Shown: positions 12,157 to 25,300 of the stretch, piece by piece
Layout: every line of letters begins with the position of its first letter
How positions within the stretch are numbered: position 1 is the stretch's first letter
Assembly (NCBI GenBank): GCA_002269645.1
Contig: NIVC01001587.1
Span: 62,001-126,000, forward strand
Length of the DNA: 64,000 nt
Direction of reading: 5' to 3'
Origin: Macrostomum lignano
Lineage: Eukaryota
Notes under the pieces: model-generated
What the model was told of the DNA's origin: nothing
Seen by the model: only the letters and a program-made list of their open reading frames with translations
Databases searched by the model: none
Translations under genes and position numbers: made by a program

Positions 12157-13440
12157 CGTCAACCGTCATTTCGTCAATTCCGTCATTTCGTGATGGGAAT
12201 TTCGTCAACCGTCATTTCGTCAACCGGCATTTTGTCAACCGGCATTTCGTCAACATATGGTATTTTGTTAATGCACAATTGTAATTATATATAGTTAGCA
12301 GGCATGGTAAAACCATTTCCTGCAGCTGTCGCAGCCCAGTCCGTCGACATCACCATCATTGAACGCCCTTTCGGCAAAGAGGGAATTTTGGAGCTCGCTG
12401 ACGCCCGCGAGGTATTGTTCAGCTGCACGATGCAACCCCAAAGGCGCGGCACCATTGAGGACCGAACGTTTCTACGAAAATTTACTTCCAAAAGTGTACA
12501 CGTTTTAAACAAATTTAACATCGCATCAACCACTTCTCCACACTGCATTCTCTGGCTGGTGCAGCTATAATAATCAGCTACAATTTGCTGAGTTGTCGTA
12601 ATGTCCTGGAACCGGTGGCTGTGCATGGCCTGTATATTTATTGTCTAGCAGAACTCAGATTTCCTGTTCATTGAGTGCGCGTGGGGATGTGCTCGAGCAG
12701 GTGGAAGTGAATATAGGCTGGGTGAGGTCATGGAGTGCAAACTGGGTGCCTCGAACTGCCTGTGCATGCGCTACAATACTATAGGATTATATCATCGGAC
12801 TTCCCGAATCTTTCAAGGCGGGATTCCACAATTAACAGTAACCTCCTGACAGATGCATGGTTACAAGCCCATATAGCGAGGCTCTTCGAAAGCAAACACT
12901 TTCTTTCCACAGTCACTCAAGTGCGGCAAGGTAAGTCTGCTGGGATTCTTACCGTCGCTTTTTCCCGCTTTTTCCCGAGGAGGATCGATACTGACGGTCA
13001 ACGGATGTTGGAATCAATAACTTTCTTAGGTTTTTAAAGTGCAAATCTCTTGGCTTCAAAGCCCCTTAAAGCAATATTTTGAAGGTTACATTGAATTTTT
13101 TTACAACTCACGTGCTCGTCCTTTCTAGTAGCAATTTGGTAATTTCGTTCTACATGTATATGCAGGCTTTAACTACCGGACTATATTCTGAAACGAAATC
13201 ATGCACCTCCCCTGATTTTAGCGCCACGAGTCTCCCATCATATAGAGCTTCTGCTTTCTCTGGTATTTTTTGTATTCAAGAATGCTACAGACTAGCTACC
13301 TGGATTTCTTATACTGTATTGTCTATAAGGACGGGAATTTTTAACCGCGCAAAGTGAGCAACTCTCCCTTGTCCATTCGAATTTTCTGTTATTGGATGAA
13401 ATTTGAACGGCTTCTCGTCCCCAGAATAAGCAGAACTTTG
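12157..13440 (-). pseudogene. Decayed Mutator-like (MULE) transposase relic with a PHD-like C-terminus and terminal subrepeats
   Basis: Minus-strand fragments PFKFHPITENSNGQGRVAHFARLK (~13338-13416), HRFQDITTT and LGCDSCRKWFYHAC* (~12295-12346) lie in different frames with stops; CATTTCGTCAACCG subrepeats at 12157-12255. Confidence 0.55.
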
Positions 13441-14179
13441 TCTTGGCACCGCGTTCGCTTAATTACTTTTCATGGTTAATTTTTTTCGTCCCGAGACTAG
13501 CAATCCAGTTAATATATATATATTATCCTTGGTCGTGTCGCTAGTACATATCTAGTATTCTTTTGAGATATTGAATCATCCTCGACCGAATTAATTGTCT
13601 ATGGCGAAAACCCCATTCAGTGCTATACGTTCTCTTGTGAGCATACTAAATGCAATGGCGATGCGAAAAATATAGGCTCCTTTCCGGCCTTCCAGTGCAT
13701 TTCTTAGAAAATCGAGTGTAGCTCATTGGATGCCTCAGTTAACCATGATAACGCTCGCTACATATGTAGTAAACATCACATGAATTGCGCGTAATAGCAA
13801 ATGTTGATACAACTCACGGCAAAGTTGATATGATAAGCTATATTCGACACCATAGCATCACGCCTCCTAATCGTGCCAAAACCAAATTTCTCTAGCAATC
13901 TTTCGCTGATCGGCACGCACATTCGCGACGCTTAAATGGCTGGCTGCTACTCGCAGATACATACATAACTATGCATGGATCCCGGTTCCTAGGCAAGTTA
14001 GCACAGCTGTTTATATTGTATGATGGTGCGCACTATAGTTTTAGTCAAACTGAATGAACACTTAAATTCATGCTGTTTCTACAATTCCAATTGTATTTAG
14101 TTACATACGATTTACGGTCCGGCACATAGGACTGTTCCATTGTCTAGAATCGCACTGTATGCTGTGGGAATATGGAGTC

Positions 14180-15165
14180 TGTAATGATGAGGATGATGTA
14201 CTGTAGAAGCTGCAATGATGAGGATGATGTACTGTAGAAGCTGCAATGATGAGGATGATGTACTGTAGAAGCTGCAATGATGAGGATGATGTACTGTAGA
14301 AGCTGCAATGATGAGGATGATGTACTGTAGAAGCTGCAATGATGAGGATGATGTACTGTAGAAGCTGCAATGATGAGGATGATGTACTGTAGAAGCTGCA
14401 ATGATGAGGATGATGTACTGTAAAAGCTGCAATGATGAGGATGATGTACTGTAGAAGCTGCAATGATGAGGATGATGTACTGTAGAGGCTGTAATGATGA
14501 GGATGATGTACTGTAGAAGCTGCAATGATGAGGATGATGTACTGTAGAAGATGTAATGATGAGGATGATGTACTGTAAAAGCTGCAATGATGAGGATGAT
14601 GTACTGTAGAAGCTGCAATGATGAGGATGATGTACTGTAGAGGCTGTAATGATGAGGATGATGTACTGTAGAAGCTGCAATGATGAGGATGATGTACTGT
14701 AGAAGCTGCAATGATGAGGATGATGTACTGTAGAAGCTGCAATGATGAGGATGATGTACTGTAGAAGCTGCAATGATGAGGATGATGTACTGTAAAAGCT
14801 GCAATGATGAGGATGATGTACTGTAGAAGCTGCAATGATGAGGATAATGTACTGTAGAAGCGGTAATGATGGGGATGATGTACTGTAGAAGCTGCAATGA
14901 TGAGGATGATGTACTGTAGAAGCTGCAATGATGAGGATGATGTACTGTAGAAGCTGCAATGATGAGGATGATGTACTGTAGAAGCTGCAATGATGAGGAT
15001 GATGTACTGTAGAAGCTGCAATGATGAGGATGATGTACTGTAAAAGCTGCAATGATGAGGATGATGTACTGTAGAAGATGTAATGATGAGGATGATGTAC
15101 TGTAAAAGCTGCAATGATGAGGATGATGTACTGTAGAAGCGGTAATGATGAGGATGATGTACTGT
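14180..15165. repeat. 31-bp minisatellite TGTAGAAGCTGCAATGATGAGGATGATGTAC
   Basis: About 32 copies. Confidence 0.97.
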
Positions 15166-16301
15166 GTAGAAGCTGTGAGGATGCTATAGGTTACGAGAAT
15201 GTGATAGCCGAGAAGATGTGGAGCCTGTAAATCTACATGTTATGTTCAGCTCCATGCAGTGTAATGACGTTAGCAGAGATGTGAGAAAGAGCAGTTTGAT
15301 TGGCTATATATATCTGAGCGTCATATAACAAAAATCAATTTCAAACACCGTAAAAGAACATCCTTTAACCCTGTATCAAGTCGGTATTCCTGTTTGAATT
15401 TTCAGTTTTCGTTTGAACGAGCTAATACACATGTAGGTACTTTTATAGGCAGGAAGACAACTTTAATGGACGGGGATGAAGCTCGCTGATATTAAAGGCA
15501 TAGTAAGACTGCACGTCAACAACTAACTGCGATACTGTATGGGAATGCATCATGGGAAAACGGTCAGCATCAGTCGCCCCATCCCCTTGCCCCTCCCCCT
15601 GGGGGAGAAGTATTGAAAGGCAGCAGGACGCGGGCGGGAAATAATAATACGGCCATCGCTATAGTGCGCGTCGAGCTGCTTTGCTTCGAGCTGTCGCTAA
15701 AGAGAGATCGTGTCCCGTGTCGACTTTGCTCTCTACTCCCCTCTCTGTCTCAGTTTTCAGTCCCAGGACTCCGTAAGGCTCGCACGTATCCCTTATCCCT
15801 CTGAAATCCCCTCCCACGCCTTTACAAGTGAGCTGCTGCCTTCATCATGTCTGCTTTGCAGCTCATGCTGCATTACGCAATGCGTCTCAATTACTGTATA
15901 GGCTCCGTGCGGAGAATGGAAATGAGAAAAGCAGAGCTGGACTATGCGGCTATGATAACTCAATCCTGCGGACCGGCTCTCATGCCGGCAGCTTTGCAGT
16001 ACAGCTTGGGGGGGGGCCACCTCCCTTCCCGTTTAGTGCTGGGCTGCTGCAGCCAATCACCTCACTGTCCACGCAGGACCGCAACCACCTCATCAGCTTT
16101 GCCTGTTTCTTCGCTTGCTTTTTTGCATGTAAAACCTTTTAAGAAATCCTATTTTTCATGCAGAGAGATAGTTTCGGAGAGACAATCTTATTGAGCAAAT
16201 ATTTAACTGATCCTGCTCAAGCAAGCATGCGACCGTAAGCATAGTAAATAAGTAATTAATAGTTTCTTCCTATTAGAGAGTTGATTGCAGCAAAGCTTTG
16301 C

Positions 16302-16382
16302 ATGGGCTGCGTGTCGTGCAAGACCAAACGGACAGCCAGGTCCAACAGCAACGGTGGCGTGGCGCGGAGCGAAGATGCTCAG
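16302..16382 (+). CDS. PDE8: Probable PDE8 first coding exon [27 protein letters not shown]
   Basis: MGC start as in PDE8 N-termini; donor CAG|GTGAGA, phase 0; acceptor-like AG just upstream. Confidence 0.7.
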
Positions 16383-19300
16383 GTGAGACACTTTGAGATG
16401 CACCATTATTTGGGTTCGTTGGGGAGTTGCACTATGCTATGCATTATACTATGTATGGGGAGACACCATGAGAACGGGGAAGTACCGTGAGGATGGGGAG
16501 GCACCGTGAGGATGGGGAGACACCATGAGAACGGGGAAGTACCGTGAAAATGGGGAGGCACCGTGAGGATGGGGAGTTACGTGAGGATAAGGAGATACCG
16601 TGAGGATGGGGAGACACCGTGCGGATGGGGAGGCACCGTGAGGATGGGGAGGCACCGTGAGGATGGGGAGACACCGTGAGGAACGGGAGACACTGTGAGG
16701 ATGGGAAGGCGGTGTGAGAATGGGGATCGGCACCGTGAGGATGGGGAGACACCGTGAGGATGGGGAGGCACCGTGAGGATGGGGAGTTACGTGAGGATGG
16801 GGAGGCACTGTGCGTATGGGGAGACACCGTCAGAATGGAGAGGCAGTGTGAGAATGTGTAGTTACGTGAGGATGGGGAGGTACCGTGAGGATGGGGAGGT
16901 ACCGTGAGGATGGGGAGTTACGTGAGGATGGGGAGTTACGTGAGGATGGGGAGTTACGTGAGGATGGGTAGTTACGTGAGGATGGGTAGTTACGTGAGGA
17001 TGGGGAGTTACGTGAGGATGGGGAGTTACGTGAGGATGGGGAGGTACCGTGAGGATGGGGAGGTACCGTGAGGATGGGGAGTTACGTAAGGATGGGGAGG
17101 TACCGTGAGGATGGGGAGTTACGTAAGGATGGGGAGGTACCGTGAGGATGGGGAGTTACGTAAGGATGGGGAGGTACCGTGAGGATGGGGAGACACTGTG
17201 AGGATGGGGAGATACCGTGAGGATGGGGAGGTACCGTGAGGATGGGGAGTTACGTGAGGATGGGGAGGTACCGTGAGGATGGGGAGACACTGTGAGGATG
17301 GGGAGGTACCGTGAGGATGGGGAGGTACCGTGGGGATGGGGAGGTACCGTGAGGATGGGGAGACACTGTGAGGATGGGGAGACACTGTGAGGATGGGGAG
17401 ACACTGTGAGGATGGGGAGACACTGTGAGGATGGGGAGGTATCGTGACTGAAATCCGTATTGTATTGTTGACATCATTGGACTTCTTTTTTCGATGAATT
17501 TTTCAAGCTACACCCGCATGCCCTTTTAAATCCATAGTGCAGGCGCCGTCCTTTTTCCCTCACAATCGTTAATCGATTTGACTTTTTTCGATTCATTCTA
17601 AGAAAGGATTTGAGACTGCTGCATGGCTAAGTGCGTGAATTAGGCTGAAGAGTTCCAAGAGCTCCCGGTTATTGCCTCCCTTCCTGACCGAATTACTTCA
17701 TCCTTATGAATTTCTGGCCACACTGAAGTAGCAGGCAGGTTGGCGGGCAACCCAGCCTAATAACATTGGTGGCCATTTTATTCTAGTGTGCATTCGCGTG
17801 AAAAGCGAGTTAGCACTACAGCTTTAAGCGTAGAAAGACAAAGAATTAATTCACTAAGCTCAAAGGAGGCTATAAGTACACTAAAAAGATTAGAAATTTT
17901 CCCGATGAATACCCAACTTAAACCTAAACAATCTCAGAGGTTGTTACATAATTTTTTGCTGTAAGCCTACAAAAATATTCGTGCTGCGCGTGTATACTAC
18001 TGATGTGCGAAACATGCCACACGTTGAAAATCGCTACTGTAGGAAGACACAGCAGTGAGAAAGTTATGAAAATTAATTTTTGAGAGCCGATTTTTGAGAG
18101 CCAATATGAGTAATACAACTGAGATATTAATATATTCAATAATTCACAAATTTCTCAGCTGAACTTCTGGTAAGATAGTTGAATCTAGGTAACCTAACCT
18201 ATTATAATCTAATCTAATCTAATCTAATCTAATTCAATCCTAACCTTCCTAATCTAATCCAATCTAACCTTCCTAATCTAATCTAACCTAACCTATTATA
18301 ATCTAATCTAATCTAATCTAATCTAATCCAATCTAACCTTCCTAATCTAATCTAACCTAACCTATTATAATCTAATCTAATCTAATCTAATCTAATCCAA
18401 TCTAACCTTCCTAATCTAATCTAACCTAACCTATTCTAATCTAATCTAACCTATTCTAATCTAATCTAATCTAATCTAATCCAATCTAACCTATCCTAAT
18501 CTAATCTAATCTAATCTAATCTAATCTAACCTATTCTAATCTAATCTATTTTAATCTAATCTAATCTAACCTATCCTAATCTAATCCAATCTAACCTATT
18601 CTAATCTAATCCAACCTAACCTATTCTAATCTAATCCAATCTAATCTAACTCAATCTAACCTATTCAAATCAAATCAAATATAATCTAATCCAACCCAAT
18701 TTAATCTAATCTAATTTTGCCTTGTTTAATCTGTCTAATCTAACCTAATCTAGTCTCAGCTCATCTAATTTACCTTAACATATCTAATCTAAACTGGATC
18801 CAATCTAATCAAAACAGTTAGGTCTCAAAGGTGTCAAAATTCGCCAGCTGTCATAAAATTTTGCGCCGGCAAGTATTTCTGCAGCCGAATAATTTTGTAG
18901 CGCCTAGCAATAAAAATCAGAGCTATAAAGTTACTGACGCACACACAGATAAACAGCATAGAGACGGCCCCCCTTTCCAATGTGCAGGCTGCTGCAGAAC
19001 TGAATTGAATTGGCTCTCGAACCTTCTCATTTAAGCCAAGCAGAAACCTGCGGTGAGAGAGAAGCACAGAGAGGTAGAGAGAGAGAGAGGAGAGACAGAA
19101 GTGAGTCGCATGGAATATATGAGCAGCTTAATTTTGATTTTATTCTCATAGCCCAACGAGTCCAGCTCAGAGAGTCTAAACAGAACGCAGCCAATAATAG
19201 TGGGCCAAATAAAGTGCAAGGACTTCTAGACTAGCAGGACGTAAAACTCAAAGATCGTGTAAATTTTTAGGAGGACGATTTCCTGGAAAAAATACACTGC

Positions 19301-22300
19301 GGAGATAGGAGCAAATCATTTTTTCATCACAAAATCAATGATTGCATTTGATCTAAGGCAGCTAAGATAACCATTCTTTTTATTTAGCACGCACAACATG
19401 TTACTCTATTATATTTTAATGTAGTTGTGTCTTGAAAGTTTCATCTTCATATTATTTTCTTTTTATTTCATAAGCCCCAAGTTGCAAAATACTCACAAGT
19501 GGCATTAGCCGAACTTTGTATTTTTCCTTTTTAAAATCAAGTATATTTGCAATAAAAATGCTGCATTACGGTACTATTAAGCCATTATTGTAGGTATAAT
19601 TCCATTTCAATGTAGTAACTATACTAATAGACCTGTCTATGTAGTTAAATATATAAGGACAATATTTACAATATGCCCCCACCATTTTCATTTTTCTTGT
19701 TTTACCTAGGCCTCAAGTCTTTAGAAAGCTATCAGTTTTTACCTGAAAGCCAGACAGAAAAAAATGGTTAGGGCCTAGGCCTAGTCACAAAAATGGGCAC
19801 TAACCTTTTTTCTAGGTTTTTACACTTTTAATTAGGCTTAGATTTTTAATTTTTTATTGCAAATTTGAATACACTATACTATATAAACTAGGCCTAGCAC
19901 CCAGCTGGTTTAGGTTTACCTTCCTTGAATTATATATTTTGTTGAATATAATACCTTTAAAATTGCAATTTTAGTTTGTAATGGTATATTTCATATCATA
20001 TTTGAATCATAGGCCTCATACATGCGCAACCTTGGGAATCACTTGGCCATTTCTATTGGCAACACAGAACACACACATGTAAGTTGCTATTGGATGGAAT
20101 AGTAGTCACGTGATTGCTCTCAGCCAATAGCAACTTATATATGTGTGTTGCCAATAGAAATGGCCGGGTGAATCCCTAGGTTGCACCCAAGCATGATAGG
20201 CCTAATTATTAGATTATTATGATAGGTCTTTTATTATAAACTAAAAAATGGGTAATACAATACTGCATGCCCACATTTATCTTAACTTTAGCATTTATTT
20301 ACTATTGAAACTAGGCCTAGGCCTTATTGCACTCATAAAGCTTTGAAACTAGGAATATTTAGGCCTATTCATTTTACTACCTTATATCTATTTATAAAAC
20401 TAAGCTGGCTCTAATAATTGACAATGAAAATCTAGTTTTTAGTATTAATTTAAAATTTGTTTATTAATTTAGTTATCTATATTCAGTTTTAATTTTATTT
20501 TTTATAGGTAAATATGATTTTTTAATTAGTATTATTTAATAACTTAGATTTTGGCTATTAGGGTCTAATCCAAATACTAAATAGTACTTAGATGTCTAAT
20601 TGTTACATTTTTATTCAATAATCTTTAATTTTACTATAAGTATTTTGTACCAATATATTATCCTATCATCTATCTTAATAGATAGATAGTTATCATGCCA
20701 ATTAAATTTTTGGTAGTAACTTATACTAGCAACCATTTTAGACAAAAGGCTGCAAAATCTAATCTTGTTAGATTTCAAACAGATTTCCTTATGATATAAA
20801 TTATGTCTAGCATTGTATTTGACATACTTAATCCTTTGATCTTTCCAGTGCCTATCTGACTTCAGTGGAAATTTTTGCAAAGCATCAACCTGCTAAAATG
20901 CCATTGCACAAGATGATATACTTTTGGATACCAATTAAAGTGATCCACAAAGTGTCTTTCCTGACACCACAAGGTCTTCATTACATTTGACTTTAGCAAG
21001 TGAGTAAATTTTCTAAATGTTGTTTTTTTATATATGGATAAGGGTTAGTAAAAAGCAAAGGTCAATGTGGTTGGGGCAAAAGATGATATATCCTTACCTT
21101 TTACATGGCTAGTTTCCCTAAATTTATGATGGCATAGTTTGTAGCAAAATTTATGGTATAACCTTTTAGGAAAGTTCATTCCAATGAAAAGACAAAATTT
21201 CTCATTTTACCATTGCCCATACCTACCAACATTTTAGTGTGGTGGATGGACTCCAGCACTAGGCCTATTGCTCATCATTGCAGCACTCAAGTCAAAGTTT
21301 TGCATTTTTGGGCTTCCAACATCAACTAGAGCGATAGTCTCAATTGGAGGCCATGGAAAGCAATCTCAAGCATGCTGGTAGAGCCTGGTGCCAACCTTGG
21401 AAAGAATTTGGAGCCCACCTGATTGTTAATCATTTTTCATCTGGCAGCTGCAACTGAGCATTGGAAATGGAATTCACTATATCTATAACTGGCCAGCGGG
21501 AACTGCACACTGAGAAGCAATGCCCATGTCCTTCACCCCACATAACATTGAGGTCTCACTTTAGTGGTCTTAGCGATGTAGGATGCGATCTTCATAGACA
21601 TGCCATTGAACCTGATCTGCTATGCCACATCTCAAGAAAGCTGACTAATGTTTTAAGGGTATAGTGCGGCAAGACTGAGTCTGATAGATAGTCCAATTTC
21701 AGCCACTGTAGGCCGACTGTGCAAAATTAATTGAAGCAAATAAGCTTCATGGTACTTGCTAATTTGCCAACTTTTTCTCTTTTTAAATACTGATATCTGC
21801 TTTTCTGTTTAGTTTAGCTACAAGTTGCGCAGCCATTGGAGCTAAGGCCGCCCACGCATTGCCTGGATGTAGTGCTCCTCACTAACCCCGTGCATAAAAC
21901 TCCACATGGCCATGACAATCCAACTGCACTGTTAGTTCCACAAAAAAATTCTATGCCGCATACATGCGCAACCTGGGGAATCACTCGGCCGTTTCTATTG
22001 GCAACACACATGTAAGTCGCTATTGGCTGAGAACAGTCACGTGACTACTATTCCATCCAATAGCAACTTACATGTGTGTGTTGCCAATAGAAACGGCCGG
22101 GTGAATCCCTAGGTTGCGCCCAGGCATGCTATGCCTGGTAAACACTTAACACTACACTGCTGGTTATTATACTCATATTTCGACCTCCAAATTAAGCCAA
22201 GCCTTTACAGTATTTAAATTTACTTTTCTGATTTACTTTTGATTTACTTCATAGATACAAGTACCATGTCATACAAAATATTTACTCAATTTTGCCCTTG

Positions 22301-25300
22301 CAGTTGCATATTATGAGCTGTGCATCTTTGTGCCTGGTTTATTTTTCCATTTCTGAAACATCAAACATTGCAAAAAACCAATTCAAAAACAAAGAACATT
22401 TTCTATTTTCTACATCAGTATGTATAAAGAATGTATCTATACATTGCTCTTTTAATGTTTCAATGCACTGTATATATATTATAAATTACATCTTACATTC
22501 TTTGCAAGTCAAAACAGTTGAAAGTTCACATTTCAGATCTGTGAAACAAAGTAAAATTCATTTGAAATGAAAAAAGTCTTGTCTTTTTTATTTACTAAGG
22601 TGAAAGAGAAGTTATTAACTTTGAGTTATTTATAAGAAAGACATCACCAGCAAAAATTAAGGTAGTGCCAATGAGTCTTGAAGTGCTAGTGTCAGCCAGC
22701 AAGCAGTTAAAGAACTGCAGTTGCTCATCTTGAATGCAGTGCACAGTAGAATAGCCTCAAAGCTTGATGTTGTCTGGTTACTAGAGCACAGCAATCTTCT
22801 GTATGTTGACAACCAAACCAATTGCCAGCACAAAACCAACCAGCCTGCCTAGCTTTTTGGGTGGCAGGCTAGGTCACTGAGTTGTGACAAGTGAGCAGGA
22901 CATGGAATGCCATAATGCAATCATTAGGTTGATCAAACATGAAGCATTCGCCAATACACAGCTAGTAGATAAGCTCAGAATGTAGGCTGAAAATCAGGCA
23001 GTGGCAATTGAGGCTTGTAGCTGGCAGCTGAAACAAAATATGTTGAAATATAAAGAATTTAATTGTTCAGGGTTAATGCAAAAATAAATATTATCAAAGG
23101 TTGTCAATTGTATTTTAATATATAAGTCAACATAAAAAAAGCTAATACATAAGCAAAAGGTACAAAAATTCAATTAGAAGTTTTACTACTATATGATGTA
23201 AATTTTTAGCTAAAAAAGTAATTTAAACTTAAAATAGTACACATATAAAACTATTTTAACAAATTCCTTTTTCTTAAACTATTATTTAACATTTACCTTT
23301 TCTAACGACTAATCTATTTATTTTGTTAATTATTAATGCAAATATATTTCTTATTAACACATTTTAACCTATAAAACTTGCAATTTAATAATAATAATAA
23401 TAATAATATTAAAAGTTAAATACTAAAAAAATCTAGAATATTTCTTATAGATAGGCCTACTTAGTAAAAATGGTTAGAGCTTGTTTTTGTGCCTAGGTCT
23501 ATATGACTATATTCTTGGTCCTATATATGCAGGTCTAGCTTAAAAAACTGATAGCTTTCTAAAGACTTGAGGCCTAGGTAAAACAAGAAAAATGAAAATG
23601 GTGGGGGCATATTGTAAATATTGTCCTTATATATTTAACTACATAGACAGGTCTATTAGTTTAGTTACTACATTGAAATGGAATTATACCTACAATAATG
23701 GCTTAATAGTACCGTAATGCAGCATTTTTATTGCAAATATACTTGATTTTAAAAAGGAAAAATACAAAGTTCGGCTAATGCCACTTGTGAGTATTTTGCA
23801 ACTTGGGGCTTATGAAATAAAAAGAAAATAATATGAAGATGAAACTTTCAAGACACAACTACATTAAAATATAATAGAGTAACATGTTGTGCGTGCTAAA
23901 TAAAAAGAATGGTTATCTTAGCTGCCTTAGATCAAATGCAATCATTGATTTTGTGATGAAAAAATGATTTGCTCCTATCTCCGCAGTGTATTTTTTCCAG
24001 GAAATCGTCCTCCTAAAAATTTACACGATCTTTGAGTTTTACGTCCTGCTAGTCTAGAAGTCCTTGATAAAGTGCCATGCCGAAACAACAGGGACAGATT
24101 CTGTAACAAGCTGAGTATAGAGCTGAGACCGACTCAAAGGCGGCTTGGCCTGGCTTCCATTAATTAAATTATTCTAATCTGTAGCGACACCTGCGCCAGG
24201 CGAAACTTGTAATGACCGAACAGGTAAAATCTGAGTGAACTATCATGCTAGTCTTAGGCTGAAACTTATAGCGTTTTCTTAATTGCTAACTGCTGAAGAT
24301 TAAAATTTCAATTTTATACCATTTGCAGCCGCAGTCTGACCTGTCCGACATATGGGCGACAGAGGAGGCGCTATCGGTGAGTTTTATTGCGAGCATTCAC
24401 TTGCACTACGATGTGCTATAGCTGTGCTCTTGCTGTGCTCATGCTGTGCTCATGGTGTGCTCATGGTGTGCTCATGCTGTGCTCATGCTGTGCTCATGGT
24501 GTGCTCACACTGTGCTCATGGTGTGCTCATGGTGTGCTCACACTGTGCTCATGGTGTGCTCACACTGTGCTCATGGTGTGCTCACACTGTGCTCATGGTG
24601 TGCTCACACTGTGCTCATGGTGTGCTCACACTGTGCTCATGGTGTGCTCACACTGTGCTCATGGTGTGCTCACACTGTGCTCATGCTGTGCTCTATAAAG
24701 CTCTGCAACAATCTTATCATCTAATTTAATCTATTCATCATCTGATCGAATCCGATCTAATCTAATCTACGGCTCATAATCTCATCTCATCTCATCTCAT
24801 CTAATCTAATCTGATCTAATCTAATCTAATCTAATCCAATCTAATCTAATCTAATCCAATCTAATCTAATCTGATCTAATCTAATCTAATCTAATCTAAT
24901 CTAATCTAATCTAATCTAATCTAATCTAATCTAATCTAGTCATCCGACACCTCCCTCATTTGTCTTCTGGCCCAATTCTGTCAGCTGCCATCTTTAAGCC
25001 CGGGCGCGTCCTATACAAAGTCACGTGCAACGGCGATCGGCACTGCTCGCCGAGGCCTTTTTAACCCGGCGATCCCCGTTTGATATTTGCCAATAAAAAC
25101 GACCCGGCAAACAGGATTTCCGAGCCCTGGAAACTGGCTGTAGGGTCCTCTAGATAGTGAAAACTGGATTGAAGGGTTTTGTGGGGTGGGGGGGTTCGAC
25201 GGGAGTGAAGGGAGGAAAGGAGAAAAGCAGATAAAAATGAGGATTCGGAAGCGACCTTGATACGGGACAGACATTTCAAAAGAGACAAATCTTTTGCGCA

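Larger units (their letters stand above)
19217..24066. mobile_element. Non-autonomous DNA transposon, 4850 bp, ~525-bp near-identical TIRs, 8-bp TSD ATAAAGTG (hAT- or P-like)
   Basis: Termini CAAGGACTTCTAGAC / GTCTAGAAGTCCTTG; TIRs ~19217-19741 and ~23542-24066; ATAAAGTG at 19209-19216 and 24067-24074; AT-rich interior with no long ORF. Confidence 0.93.

Noticed and set aside
20611-20880. 89-aa ORF inside the TIR element as a transposase
   Set aside because: Short, AT-rich, with no recognisable DDE, THAP or BED motif
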